Source of the DNA: Wolbachia endosymbiont of Dirofilaria (Dirofilaria) immitis
Lineage (GTDB): Bacteria; Pseudomonadota; Alphaproteobacteria; Rickettsiales; Anaplasmataceae
Assembly: GCF_013365455.1 (NCBI RefSeq)
Contig: NZ_CP046578.1
Coordinates: forward strand, 600,001-632,000
Length of the DNA stretch: 32,000 nucleotides
Direction of reading: 5' to 3'
Each line of letters opens with the position of its first letter. Position 1 is the stretch's first letter. The translations under genes and the position numbers were made by a program. Positions 1-10,782 of the stretch are shown piece after piece. The notes under the pieces are model-generated. The model had not been told where the DNA came from, did not search any database, and saw nothing but the letters and a program-made list of their open reading frames with translations.

Positions 1-136
1 TTATAACTTCTATTAACACGGACACTTTACCACCACCGGAAATACCCTTAAATTCTTTCCCAACATATTTTTCTTGAGCTTCTACAAGCTTCTTTTGCAT
101 CTCTTGTGCTTGCCTCATTATTTGACTAAAATCCAC
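1..136 (-). CDS. ybaB: YbaB/EbfC-family nucleoid-associated protein, 5' part only (runs off window)
   Basis: Reverse-strand translation from GTG at 136: VDFSQIMRQAQEMQKKLVEAQEKYVGKEFKGISGGGKVSVLIEVI. This is typical of the YbaB N-terminus, and the gene sits directly downstream of dnaX as in many bacteria. It is missing from the ORF track because it is truncated. Confidence 0.88.
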   Translation of the reverse strand, partial: MDFSQIMRQAQEMQKKLVEAQEKYVGKEFKGISGGGKVSVLIEVI

Positions 137-139
137 AAT

Positions 140-1624
140 TCACTCCTTACTCTCTATATTAACTATCTTTGCACCCTTAAACGTATCAAGTACATCTTTG
201 ACTGTAGGTACATAATTTAAGTTACTTATTTCTCTGTTCATATAACATACATCAACTGTAACCAACCATTGTTGCTGAGTCACCTGATCCAAGTAATTTT
301 TTAAGTCATTACAAAAATCACTACTCAATTGAGATATAGCTTTTAATCTTAAATATCCAGGTTTACAGTCTATTAATTGTAGATTACTACATAGCTGTTT
401 GTAAAGATAAATTTGATTATCCTGTCGCAATAGTTGTTGAATTTTATCAAAATCATAATTTTTTTGCCGTATACTCTCCATAGTACAGATATCCTTTTGC
501 TGTACATTTTGCGCAAGAACTTTTTTAACTACTTGCTCAGGAGAAGGCAAATCAGAAAGATAACAGAGACTGATGAGCATCATTTCAGCAGCAATATCAT
601 TACATGATGAAGTCTTTATAGTTTGAACTCCCTTGAGCAATACTTTCCATAGCCTCGAGAAAAAGATTAAAGACTTCTTTACACTTAAGTCTTTAATCTT
701 GTCTTTTCCACTTTCTAGCACTGAACTGTCAATCTCCTTTGTAATCAAAAAACGACATATTAACTGGATTGTTTGTAAAAGACTTTCAAAAATACTAAGT
801 GGATTCGCTATCTTTGTTGCTTTGTCAAATATCAATAAAGCTTTTTGCAAATCACTATCTAATAGTGCTTCCATTAAATCAAATACACTACCTTCATCTA
901 CCAAACCAAGTATTTCTATCACATCTTCAGTAGATATTAAGCTATCTTTACTATACAACATCGCTTGATTCATCAAAAATAAGGCGTTACGCATTGAATT
1001 GCTACAATGATGTGCAATTAACTCTGATGCTCTATTTTCAATCAAATAATTTTCTTTTTGTGCAATGTCATTTAAACGCTCTACTATTTTAGTTATAGGT
1101 ATTTTACATAAATCAAATCTTTGACAACGTGCAACAATAGTTATCGGCATCTTTTTTATTTCTGTAGTTGCCAAAATAAACTTTACGCTAGATGGTGGCT
1201 CTTCCAGGGTTTTAAGTAATGCATTAAACGCACTGCTCGATAACATATGCACTTCATCTATAATGTAAACTTTAAATTTAGAACTTATAGGTAAATAACA
1301 AACATCCTCTAATATTACTTTAATATCTTCGACACTAGTGTGACTTGCCGCATCGATTTCAATCACGTCTGAATGATTTGAGTTTTTTATCGCTAGACAA
1401 TTTTCACATGATCCACAAGGCTCAAAAGTTGGTCCTAAAGAACAATTCAAACATAAAGCTATTATTCTCGCTGTTGTAGTCTTACCAACTCCACTACTGC
1501 CAGAGAGTAATATAGATTGTGGAACCTTATTGAGAGTAAAAGCATTTTTTAGTACACGCACCAATATATCTTGACCTATCAAGTCTTTAAAACTATCAGG
1601 ACGATACTTTAATGCTATATTCAT
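140..1624 (-). CDS. dnaX: DNA polymerase III subunit gamma/tau
   Basis: Walker A GSSGVGKTTTA, zinc-binding cysteines (CLNCSLGPTFEPCGSCENC) and DEVHMLSSSAFNALLKTLEEPP. Family-typical start MNIALKYRPDSFKDLIGQ lies at 1624, not at the ORF-track start of 1666. Confidence 0.97.
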   Translation of the reverse strand: MNIALKYRPDSFKDLIGQDILVRVLKNAFTLNKVPQSILLSGSSGVGKTTTARIIALCLNCSLGPTFEPCGSCENCLAIKNSNHSDVIEIDAASHTSVEDIKVILEDVCYLPISSKFKVYIIDEVHMLSSSAFNALLKTLEEPPSSVKFILATTEIKKMPITIVARCQRFDLCKIPITKIVERLNDIAQKENYLIENRASELIAHHCSNSMRNALFLMNQAMLYSKDSLISTEDVIEILGLVDEGSVFDLMEALLDSDLQKALLIFDKATKIANPLSIFESLLQTIQLICRFLITKEIDSSVLESGKDKIKDLSVKKSLIFFSRLWKVLLKGVQTIKTSSCNDIAAEMMLISLCYLSDLPSPEQVVKKVLAQNVQQKDICTMESIRQKNYDFDKIQQLLRQDNQIYLYKQLCSNLQLIDCKPGYLRLKAISQLSSDFCNDLKNYLDQVTQQQWLVTVDVCYMNREISNLNYVPTVKDVLDTFKGAKIVNIESKE

Positions 1625-1966
1625 GCCTCCAACTAAACCAAATAACAAGATAGGCATGCAACCCAAAAAAAAACTGATATGGCTGCTTCATTCCTGATCT
1701 GACCAAGTTACAGAGTTTTTGCCTGCATACCTTATAAAATATAATACTTTTTTTTTATTTAGCAAGGTATATTCTATATTAGCCCTATAATTTGATATAT
1801 TAATTTCTTTATAATGCTATTATAATAGTAAACAAAAAGTCAGTTTATCATGTAAGTTACCTAAGATTATTATTCTTATGTCCATTTACGTTATCCAATA
1901 CTCATCATTTATCATCCAAGTATTTATGACACCTAAGTTGTACTGGAACAGCAAGGGGAAAAGTTT

Positions 1967-2620
1967 ATGATTCTATATTACTTTCCTCTTTGTCCATTTT
2001 CACGAAAAGTTAGAGTCCTTCTCAAAGAGAAAAAGTTAAATTGTAATTTAATATATGAAAATCCATGGGAGAAACGCAATAAATTTATGAAGATTAACCC
2101 AACTGGATATGTACCAGTCCTGATAGATAAGGATTTAGTCATAGCAGATAGCAATGCTATTTGTGAATACCTAGAAGAAACTTATAACAGCAGTATTAAA
2201 TTGCTGGATTTTCCCGCTATTGTTAAGTCCAAAATACGGGCTTTAATTAGCTGGTTTGACAATAAATTTTATAATGAAGTCACTAAGTATATTATAAATG
2301 AGAAAGTGATAATTAACCGCAGTCCCGACTCTAGGTTCCTCCATGCAGCCAAGCACAATTTATCTTACCATATAGAATATATTGAATACTTAATCAGTAA
2401 AAATGTTTGGCTTGCAACCAATAAGTTCACTTTAGCTGACATTACTTTAGCGTCACATGTTTCTGTGATGGACTACGTAAATAGCTTCCCATGAGAAAAA
2501 AGTAAAGTTTTAAAAGAATGGTATTCTATTATCAAATCAAAACCTTGCTTTCGTGACATGCTATTAGAGAGAGTTCTCGGTTTGTCTCCTCCTAAACATT
2601 ATGCTGACCTTGATTTTTAA
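1967..2620 (+). pseudogene. Glutathione S-transferase-family protein interrupted by one in-frame TGA
   Basis: N-terminal thioredoxin-like GST domain (YYFPLCPFSRKVRVLLKEKKL...GYVPVLIDKDLVIADSNAICEYLEE). The TGA is at 2492-2494, and the same frame continues EKSKVLKEWYSIIKSKPCFRDMLLERVLGLSPPKHYADLDF to a TAA at 2620. Confidence 0.8.
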
Positions 2621-2621
2621 T

Positions 2622-3269
2622 TCACATCAGCTTTAAAGCTACAGTCATTCCTTCATCCGTTGGAATCAACATAGAGTAATATCTTTTTTCGTCTGACAAC
2701 CTATAATTAAATTCTCTCATAGCATACCATGATTTTTCTGATACTTTTTTTGGAGGTGATTCCAAAAATACCGTATTAAACAATAGAGTATTATCAGCAA
2801 CAATTAGTCCGTCTTGTTTAATATATAGCTCTGCCCAATCTAAGTATTTAGGATAATCACTCTTATTAGCATCGATAAATATCATGTCAAACGGTGCTTG
2901 TGTTGATAACTCGCTCAATTTTTCTGATGCGTTGCCTTCTATTAAAGTAATTTTATTATTCAGATTAAAAGCACTAAAATTCTTCCTTGCTATACTTGAG
3001 TGCTCAAAATTACTTTCTACCGTGTATATATGACCATACTCAGGCAGAGCTTTTGCCATACAAATTGATGAATAACCATACAATGTACCAATTTCAACAA
3101 CACTGCTTACTCTGTGTATTTTTATGAATAAACTAAGTAGTTTTCCTTCTTCAGCACTAATTTGACTGTGTTTCTTGCTTTCAAGAATGCAACATTCCTC
3201 TATCTTCCTATACTCCTTTACAAATAAGTCCCTTATGTACGATGATTTCACAGAGCCATTACGTGCCAT
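2622..3269 (-). CDS. Class I SAM-dependent O-methyltransferase (caffeoyl-CoA O-methyltransferase-like)
   Basis: VVEIGTLYGYSSICMAKALPEYGHIYTVE, FDMIFIDANKSDYPKYLDWAELYIKQDGLIVADNTL. Confidence 0.9.
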   Translation of the reverse strand: MARNGSVKSSYIRDLFVKEYRKIEECCILESKKHSQISAEEGKLLSLFIKIHRVSSVVEIGTLYGYSSICMAKALPEYGHIYTVESNFEHSSIARKNFSAFNLNNKITLIEGNASEKLSELSTQAPFDMIFIDANKSDYPKYLDWAELYIKQDGLIVADNTLLFNTVFLESPPKKVSEKSWYAMREFNYRLSDEKRYYSMLIPTDEGMTVALKLM

Positions 3270-3413
3270 ATTTCATACTAAAAATTCAACTCATATAGAG
3301 TATATACTAGCTTGAGATAATAAAAACATCTACCTTAGGTTACTATTTCACAGCGTAAAATTTTAAGTGACAAAAATTATTATATATAATATTATAATTA
3401 ACTAGTATAACAG

Positions 3414-3785
3414 TTGATCGATTGTTGTACTAGAATTAAAGAGGCTGCTCACATGCATCTTTCTTTATTAAAAAATAATTTTTATTTATATCAATTAGAG
3501 GGGTATATGTCTTATAATATTGCTAGTGAAGTTGAACCTTCAAATAAAAAATCTAACAAAGACGAAGGGGTTGCATTACTACATAACCCAGCCTATCGTG
3601 AGAAATATAGGGAACGTTTTGATGAAGCTCAGAAGAAAGTTATGGATATGGTTCAGTTTTATGATGGAACAATAATGCTAATAGAAAATAAAATTGCTAT
3701 GTATTACTATGCATGGCACAGTAAAAAAAGAGAGTTTGAGCGCAAAAAACAGCAAGCAGTAATAAAAAACGACGGACCAACATAG
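3414..3785 (+). CDS. Hypothetical protein; a start at the later in-frame ATG (MHLSLLKNNF...) is possible
   Basis: 123-aa ORF with a Lys/Glu-rich C-terminus, followed by a hairpin. No family recognised. Confidence 0.6.
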   Translation: MIDCCTRIKEAAHMHLSLLKNNFYLYQLEGYMSYNIASEVEPSNKKSNKDEGVALLHNPAYREKYRERFDEAQKKVMDMVQFYDGTIMLIENKIAMYYYAWHSKKREFERKKQQAVIKNDGPT

Positions 3786-3796
3786 TGGCCTTTTAT

Positions 3797-3838
3797 GTGA
3801 TAAGCTACAGTGGTATTACCTCACTATAGCTTTTTCAC
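3797..3838. terminator. Imperfect stem-loop between convergent genes, possibly a bidirectional terminator
   Basis: gtgataagctacagtg ... cactatagctttttcac. The arms are near-complementary and lie between the + gene ending at 3785 and the - gene ending at 3824. Confidence 0.5.
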
Positions 3839-4516
3839 ATAACTATCTATTATACTAGCTAAGTACTCTAGTGTTTTATACCCTTCGTGTTTAATTTTGT
3901 CATGCTCTACATACAATTTATCATTGGTAGGCCTGATAAAAAATATTGGAGTACCTGTAATGCCAAGCTTATTGATTGCCAGTGACTTATCACTTATAAC
4001 TTTATCCATTATTTTCTTATCATTGATGCATTGGTTAAACGTATCTTGCTTTAAATTACTTAGTGCAGCAACTTTTTGTAATACAGTTAAGTCATTAAAG
4101 TTAGAGTAGTTCCATGAATCTATTAAATTAAAAACAGCTTTATTAAAATTAAAATAGTCTTCTGTTCTTTCGTAACAATAACTTAGCATTGCAGCTTTTA
4201 AGCCTCTATAATCCATAGGGAAATGACGGAATATATATAACATTTTTCCTGTATCTACATATTTCTTTTTAATCTTAGGAAAAACTTCCTTATGAAAAAG
4301 ATAACAGTGGTAGCAGGTAAGCGAAGCATACTCAATCATCAAAATCGGTGCTTTTGGATCCCCTAATAATTTATCATCAGGCAAAGGTGATAGTAGCTCC
4401 TTTGGTGTTATCTCACTAGTCTTTCGAGTGCACTGATCGTCAAATAAGTCTTGCTCAACAAGAGCATAAGAATCAACACTTATTAAAATTAACGCAAACA
4501 CCAGCCTGAAGATCAT
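3824..4516 (-). CDS. DsbA-family periplasmic thiol:disulfide oxidoreductase
   Basis: Signal-like N-terminus (MIFRLVFALILISVDSYA), CxxC active site in YASLTCYHCYLFHKEVFPKIK, and the thioredoxin-fold cis-proline region GITGTPIFFI. Confidence 0.9.
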   Translation of the reverse strand: MIFRLVFALILISVDSYALVEQDLFDDQCTRKTSEITPKELLSPLPDDKLLGDPKAPILMIEYASLTCYHCYLFHKEVFPKIKKKYVDTGKMLYIFRHFPMDYRGLKAAMLSYCYERTEDYFNFNKAVFNLIDSWNYSNFNDLTVLQKVAALSNLKQDTFNQCINDKKIMDKVISDKSLAINKLGITGTPIFFIRPTNDKLYVEHDKIKHEGYKTLEYLASIIDSYVKKL

Positions 4517-5328
4517 TGCAATACAAATATTAACTAACTAAAAACTATATATTTATATAAATAATGTCAAGATAACTTTTAACCAGTAAGGCTTTTGACT
4601 CTATTTTTGAATGCAGCAATTACTTTCTTTGCATATATCCATATATTAGGCTTAATAAAGTCAAAAGTAAGCTAGATTTGATTTAAACTTAAATTCCATA
4701 TAAAACTTCACCACGGTTTTATTCTCATTTATAAAAATAAATTTTTATCCGTTGTACAAATATTCAAATATTCTATTTGCTAATACAACTTTTTTCAACA
4801 TTCATTTATTTTACCTGGAGAAAGAAAGATTATCTCTAATATGTCACTGACTTTAATACCATAAAAAGCTGCTAGTAAATCCATAACCATTTGGCTGTGA
4901 CGATTCCTTATATAAATAGCTTTACACTAAGAAATAAAACCGGTCACTTCTTAACTTAATTATAACCTGAAACATACTGCTAGCTGAATAGAGAAAAAAT
5001 ATCTTATTCTCCACATCGGTAGAGCATAAACCTAATTAACTGAGTAGAATCCGTATCTATCGTCAGCCCTAGTAGATTCCTGAGACATGAAGTTAAGGTG
5101 GGCATCACATACTAACTTTAACAAAATTAATAGAGGCAATTCCCTTGACTAGAAATTATCGCTCGGGAAACTTAACTCAACTAATAACGCATAGAACAGA
5201 TTCTCATAAGTATAGCTAATTTTTATAAGTCATGTCCATAAGCACATTGTAATTAACAATAAAATTAACTATCATTTAACTCTTGTTAAACTTTATGTCC
5301 TAAGTGTTACAGTCAATAAATATATTTT

Positions 5329-5919
5329 ATGAACATCACTAAAGCTTTAATCATCATTGTTTCCACTATCATTTCTTTAAGAGCCTACACTAACTGTACA
5401 GACCATAAAATTTTTGTGCATTCTATAAAGCAACAAGTAGATGGAACATCTATAAAGGAAAATAAAAAAAATCGAGAATACATATGTAAAAAACTTCAGG
5501 AGATTATTCAAAATAATGTTAACCTCAAGGAAATATCCCAGTTTGTTATTGGAAAACATTGGACTTTAATTACTCAGAGAGAAAGAGAAAATTTCTTAAG
5601 AGAATATGAAGCATATTTTACACATTTATGCGCTAAAATTTTATATAAATACATAAACGGTAGCGAAATGAACATAATTAGCTCAAAAGCAATTGATGAT
5701 AGAACTTGCTTAATTAACACAAGATTTTCCTATAGCGATGAAGAATTTACTAATATTGACTTCAAAGTTACTAAAAATAACAACTCCTTCTTAATAAACG
5801 ATATTGTAATGAACGCTATAAGTATTTCTATTAATCAACGCTCTAAATTCAGTGAGAAAATTGATACATATGGTATAACAAATGTTATTAATGAATTAAA
5901 ATTTAACAATAATCTATGA
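5329..5919 (+). CDS. MlaC/Ttg2D-family ABC transporter auxiliary (phospholipid-binding) protein
   Basis: Secreted ~196-aa protein. The pattern ISQFVIGKHWTLITQRERENFLREYEAYFTHLCAKIL matches the MlaC/Ttg2 family. Its end overlaps the folC start by ATGA. Confidence 0.78.
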   Translation: MNITKALIIIVSTIISLRAYTNCTDHKIFVHSIKQQVDGTSIKENKKNREYICKKLQEIIQNNVNLKEISQFVIGKHWTLITQRERENFLREYEAYFTHLCAKILYKYINGSEMNIISSKAIDDRTCLINTRFSYSDEEFTNIDFKVTKNNNSFLINDIVMNAISISINQRSKFSEKIDTYGITNVINELKFNNNL

Positions 5920-7217
5920 TATATATGCCTCATTGGCCAAAACCACTTGGCAGCAGACCAAAGGATTTTTCTCTTAAGCGCATAAAAAGTTTTCTAAATA
6001 AGCTAGGGAACCCTGAGAGAAAAATGCCCCCAGTAATTCACATAGCTGGAACTAACGGAAAAGGTTCAACATTGTCATTTATAAGGTACATGCTGCAGGC
6101 AGCAAAGTACAAGGTACATGCATATACTTCTCCACATTTAGTAAATTTTAATGAAAGAATAGTTGTCGCAGGCAGTTATATTGACGACAATGAATTACAT
6201 AACTTACTAGAAGAGTGCCGCAGTGTAATTGTAGATCAACCTATCACTTTATTTGAAGCTACAACTGTTGCAGCTTTCTTAGTCTTTTCTCGCTATAAAG
6301 CTGATGTTACTTTAATCGAAGTGGGCATGGGTGGAAGGTTAGATGCAACAAATACTATAGATAACCCAATTTTAACAATCGTTACTTCCATTGCACTCGA
6401 CCATGCAAAATACCTCGGCCCTACTTTAGAGATTATAGCAGGTGAAAAAGCTGGAATAATGAAATGTGATGTTCCTTGTATAATAGCACCACAGAAAAAA
6501 TCTATAATGAATACACTAGAACGTTGTGCAATAAACAACAGGTCCCCTTTATTTAGAGGTGGCTTCGAGTGGGATTGTAAAAAACAGAACAGCAAAATGA
6601 CTTTTCAATCAGCTATTCAATCGATAAAATTCCCTTTGCCGTCTTTAGAGGGCAATCATCAAATAATCAATGCAGGAAATGCTATCGCAGCATGTAGCAT
6701 TTTGAGTGGAAAGTACGGGTTTGATATTGGAAAAGAGGATATCACTTTAGGGCTACAACATACCTACTGGCCTGGACGATTAGAACTCATAAAAAAAGGC
6801 AATTTAATTTCTTTATTACCGAAAAATTGGCAATTATTTTTAGATGGTGCACACAACAGTGATGGTGCAAGAGTATTAGCTGAGTGGATAAAAGATAATT
6901 TTGCTGAAGGCATCTATATAATTTTTGGTATTACGCGTAACAGAAGTGTAGAAGAGTTCTTAGAATACTTAAAACCATATATCAAATTATTATGTGTAGT
7001 TTGTGTAAAATCTGAGCCCGAATCAATAAATACACGTTCAATCAGAAAGAGAGCCAACAATATAGGAATAAATGCTATTGAATGTAAGTCAATTAGCGAT
7101 GCTATATTAAATCACATACTAAAAGCCTCTGTTCAAAATATCAAAACCATATTAATTTGTGGTTCATTATTTTTAGCCAGAGATTTTGCTATGGAGAATA
7201 GCTATAACTTCATATAA
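5916..7217 (+). CDS. folC: Bifunctional folylpolyglutamate synthase / dihydrofolate synthase
   Basis: VIHIAGTNGKGSTLSFIRYMLQAA, HLVNFNERI, EVGMGGRLDATNTI, FLDGAHNSDGARVLAEW. Confidence 0.96.
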   Translation: MIYMPHWPKPLGSRPKDFSLKRIKSFLNKLGNPERKMPPVIHIAGTNGKGSTLSFIRYMLQAAKYKVHAYTSPHLVNFNERIVVAGSYIDDNELHNLLEECRSVIVDQPITLFEATTVAAFLVFSRYKADVTLIEVGMGGRLDATNTIDNPILTIVTSIALDHAKYLGPTLEIIAGEKAGIMKCDVPCIIAPQKKSIMNTLERCAINNRSPLFRGGFEWDCKKQNSKMTFQSAIQSIKFPLPSLEGNHQIINAGNAIAACSILSGKYGFDIGKEDITLGLQHTYWPGRLELIKKGNLISLLPKNWQLFLDGAHNSDGARVLAEWIKDNFAEGIYIIFGITRNRSVEEFLEYLKPYIKLLCVVCVKSEPESINTRSIRKRANNIGINAIECKSISDAILNHILKASVQNIKTILICGSLFLARDFAMENSYNFI

Positions 7218-8134
7218 ATAATAACTTACAGCTCAAAAAATAATTTCTATCTCTTATAGAAATACTACTTGGTAATTTTTCATCAATTTCTACAAGAAAA
7301 TAATCCCTTGAAATTGTTTCTCAATTAAATTTATAACTATTTTCTCGACACAATCATAATCAACTGCAGCTACTTAAACACAGCGATATAACAACTAAAG
7401 TAGCAACCAAAATATCTAAAGCAGAGCTAGCGAAATTAAAACTATTACAGCTAAAATTAATCCCATAACGTAAAGTACTAAAGACATAAAAATTACTTTA
7501 CCTAAGACAATCGAGTTCTTCAGCCACTTAACTTAATCTCATCACTTTTTAAAAATTTCTCCATACTTGGTTAAAGTCAAACAATAGTGAAGGAAACTAA
7601 TACTTAGTTAAATTCATTTCTGTTTTGAAGATAAATGCTCTTAATGACTGAGTTTAAAACGAAACTTACTATAAGGAAGGGAAGAAAAGTTATAGTGCTA
7701 TGATAGGCTATAAGTAACACTATTATTTACAAAAATTCAATAGATAATGAAAATTATAACCCTCTCAGAAAAAAGGAAATAAGAAGAATACTTGGAGCAA
7801 GCAATATACTATTGTTAATGTTAATTAGCTGCTCTTTATTAAAGAATTTACCTTTACTACTTTATTATCTAGAAGTTTTATAATTCTTAGTAATCATAGT
7901 TACGTAACTTATCATGTAACTTTTTTACCAAATTATTTTTCTACCAAGTACTATTTTCCAATAGCTCTATTATAAATTCTTTAAAAAATAGCTTTTTGAC
8001 ACAGCAAACTTTAAATTTCTGCTCTATTTCCTTATTATTTATTTTCTATCCAAGTGACCTTCAAGAATTGTTTTTGTCATAAATTTTCCCTATAAGAACT
8101 ATATTTTTCCCTAGAGGAAAGCTATATTGTAACC

Positions 8135-9298
8135 ATGAACAATATAATTGTAAAAAAATTTGGTGGTACTTCATTGACCGATTTAAATCGAGTTGCAAAC
8201 TTAATAAAAAAAGATGTCGAAAAAGGTTACAACGTAATCGTTGTTGTTTCTGCTATCGCAGGATTTACCGACCAAATGGCTCTTCAGGCTAGACAAATCT
8301 CAAATTTAAATCACAGAGGAGAATTATCAGAATATGATGTTCTACTCTCAGCAGGAGAACAGACTTCTTGCGGACTACTAGCAATCACTCTTCAATCTAT
8401 TGGAGTGAATGCTAAATCGTGGCTTGCTTGGCAGTTACCAATCATAACTGATGATCTTCATTCTGAGTCTAAAATAAAAACAATAAAGATCGATCCTTTA
8501 AAAAGATCTTTTGCCGAAGGCTATACTGTTGCAATTATTGCTGGTTTTCAGGGCATACATGATAATAGAATCACTACTTTCGGCAGAGGAGGCTCTGATA
8601 TATCAGCAATTGCCCTTGCAGTAGTTTTTAATGTCAAAGTTTGCGAAATTTTTACTGATATCGACGGAATATATATAGCCAATCCGAAAATCGTTCCAAA
8701 AGCACACAAGCTTAAGTCTGTTTCTTATGATGAAATGTTGGAGATGTCAGTATCTGGTGCTAAAATACTGCATAATCGTTCAGTACAACTTGCAATGAAA
8801 CATAATATTAAAATACAAGTGTTATCTACTTTTAAAGAGGTAGAAGGAACTGTAGTACTGCATGAAAAAGATGTATTAGAGAGATATATAATCACCGGAA
8901 TAACTTATAGTATTAATGAAGTCCTTGTAACTTTTACTAACCTTACAAGTGCCTTACATATTTTACAGGATATAGTAAAGGCAAACATTAAAATTAATAT
9001 GATACATGGGTCAGACTTTGTGATTTCAGAGCTTGATATCGATCTAATAAAAGAACTACTGAGCAAAAACGGAAATTATGTTATAAATAGTAATATAGCC
9101 AGAATTTCAATAATTGGCATTGGCGTTATGTCTAATACTGAAGTGATACATCGCACATTTAAGGTCTTAGGCAAAAAAAACATAGAAGTACTTGCTGTCA
9201 CAGCATCTGAAATCAAAATCAGTATAATTATACCAAAAAAATATGCTGAAGCTTTAGTTAGAGATTTATATACTGAGTTGGTATGTAACACTAGATAG
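8135..9298 (+). CDS. lysC: Aspartate kinase (aspartokinase)
   Basis: VKKFGGTSLTDLNRV, GRGGSDISAIALAVVFNVKVCEIFTDIDGIYIANPKIVPKAHKL, C-terminal ACT-like segments (ISIIGIGVMSN). Confidence 0.95.
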   Translation: MNNIIVKKFGGTSLTDLNRVANLIKKDVEKGYNVIVVVSAIAGFTDQMALQARQISNLNHRGELSEYDVLLSAGEQTSCGLLAITLQSIGVNAKSWLAWQLPIITDDLHSESKIKTIKIDPLKRSFAEGYTVAIIAGFQGIHDNRITTFGRGGSDISAIALAVVFNVKVCEIFTDIDGIYIANPKIVPKAHKLKSVSYDEMLEMSVSGAKILHNRSVQLAMKHNIKIQVLSTFKEVEGTVVLHEKDVLERYIITGITYSINEVLVTFTNLTSALHILQDIVKANIKINMIHGSDFVISELDIDLIKELLSKNGNYVINSNIARISIIGIGVMSNTEVIHRTFKVLGKKNIEVLAVTASEIKISIIIPKKYAEALVRDLYTELVCNTR

Positions 9299-9308
9299 TG
9301 CTACATAC
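9281..9308 (+). terminator. Stem-loop spanning the lysC stop codon, possible terminator or 3' end structure
   Basis: gtatgtaacactagatagtgctacatac folds as a ~12-13 bp stem with one mismatch. There is no strong T-tract directly after it. Confidence 0.4.
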
Positions 9309-10782
9309 CAATAACTTCTTTTATTGAAAAATCCAGAAGAATGGTGCACGATCTTTATAATAGTAAACTTTAGTAAAACTTACTTTAGCTTCAAACTGAC
9401 ATACCTTTTAATAATGGAATCTTAGAGCTGCCTCACTCCGGACTAGCAAAAACAAAGAAACAGATCTATTAAGGAGCTAGTAGAAAAATTGATATTAGAA
9501 AAAACTGAAAGCGAAGGAGAAAAAGTATTAATTAAGCATACTATGAAACTTTATACTCCGAGTATAAAATAAAGGACGTCAAAAACTGATCTTGCCAACC
9601 ATGATAAAGTATTGCGCTACAGAATTAAAAAAATTAAGAGCAAGTAAATCTTACAAAATATCTAATGCCCGTTGTTTCAATAAAGTATAGGAAAGATATT
9701 TATGGAAAATAAAAAAATGCTGTAGAACCATTAGTTTGAACCTCTTAGAGAGTAATGTTTGACTTCTATAGTTTTACCATACATTCGTTATAAAGCTCTT
9801 TTACTCCTTAAGAAATAAACAGCCTCAAGTGCACCAACTTAACGTTGGTATCCTAGTGCTTGGAAACTGAAGCACTTAGCATAGCTACATCTAAACTTAC
9901 CTAGAAAAAGTAGAGAAAAAAGTCTATCTTCTCGCTTCAAAAACTAATTTCAGCAACTTCACATAGTCCTTTCTTTTTATTATCAGTTCTAACTTTTCTT
10001 GTTCTAATCAGCTCGTCAAAGTTAGATTTACTAAATGATCTTGAGCAAGATCTGACATCTTATACACTCCTTTTTAGCTAGAACCTTAGTAACTTTAGCA
10101 TTAACTCTTCCATTTCTTTAAGTAATTTATAATCATTAAATAACAAAAACGTGTTTACCTTGATAATCTAATCTTACAATTCATATTTAACACCTATCTT
10201 TTTACTTAATATCTCAAGCATAGTCTAGATATATCAAAAAATATGGTTTAATTTGCTTAATTACACTTCAGTTAAATAATTTTTTATAATATTTAACTCC
10301 ACTTTTTTTAAATCTTGCCATTAGGAGTTTACATAGAAATAAGACCTACTATGATTTTTTCGTGACTAACTTTAGAATGCATTAACTGTATTGTAGATAA
10401 CCTATGAATCGCTCGATTAATCTATGTTACACTTTTAAGCAACGATGTTTTGTTACTTCTAAAATTGGACAGTAATCAGCAGAACATCTAGCATAAACAT
10501 CTGTAACTTCTAATAGAATCTATGCTTTGAAGCTTTTATTTCTCTAATCTCTTTAATCAGTTCATCAATGCAACAATTTTCACCAGATTCAAATATATTC
10601 TTCGTATGTTTACTAATAGCCTAAGGCTATATACTAAAACTCTGTTATTTTTTTCACATGAAGCCAATGAACTACTTAACACAAAATATTGACTCTATAT
10701 CTTCACCTGAGATTATATATAATAAACTTTGCTCCCTAATATTCTCTTAGCTATTTCATATACAACTTTTCATTCTATGAAA

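Noticed and set aside
633-968. 111-aa + ORF inside dnaX
   Set aside because: Lies wholly antisense to a conserved gene with low-complexity translation and no independent support.
4920-5200. Possible structured RNA (RNase P/tmRNA/SRP) in the dsbA-mlaC spacer
   Set aside because: None of the hallmark conserved sequences of these RNAs could be found by eye. An Rfam scan would be decisive.
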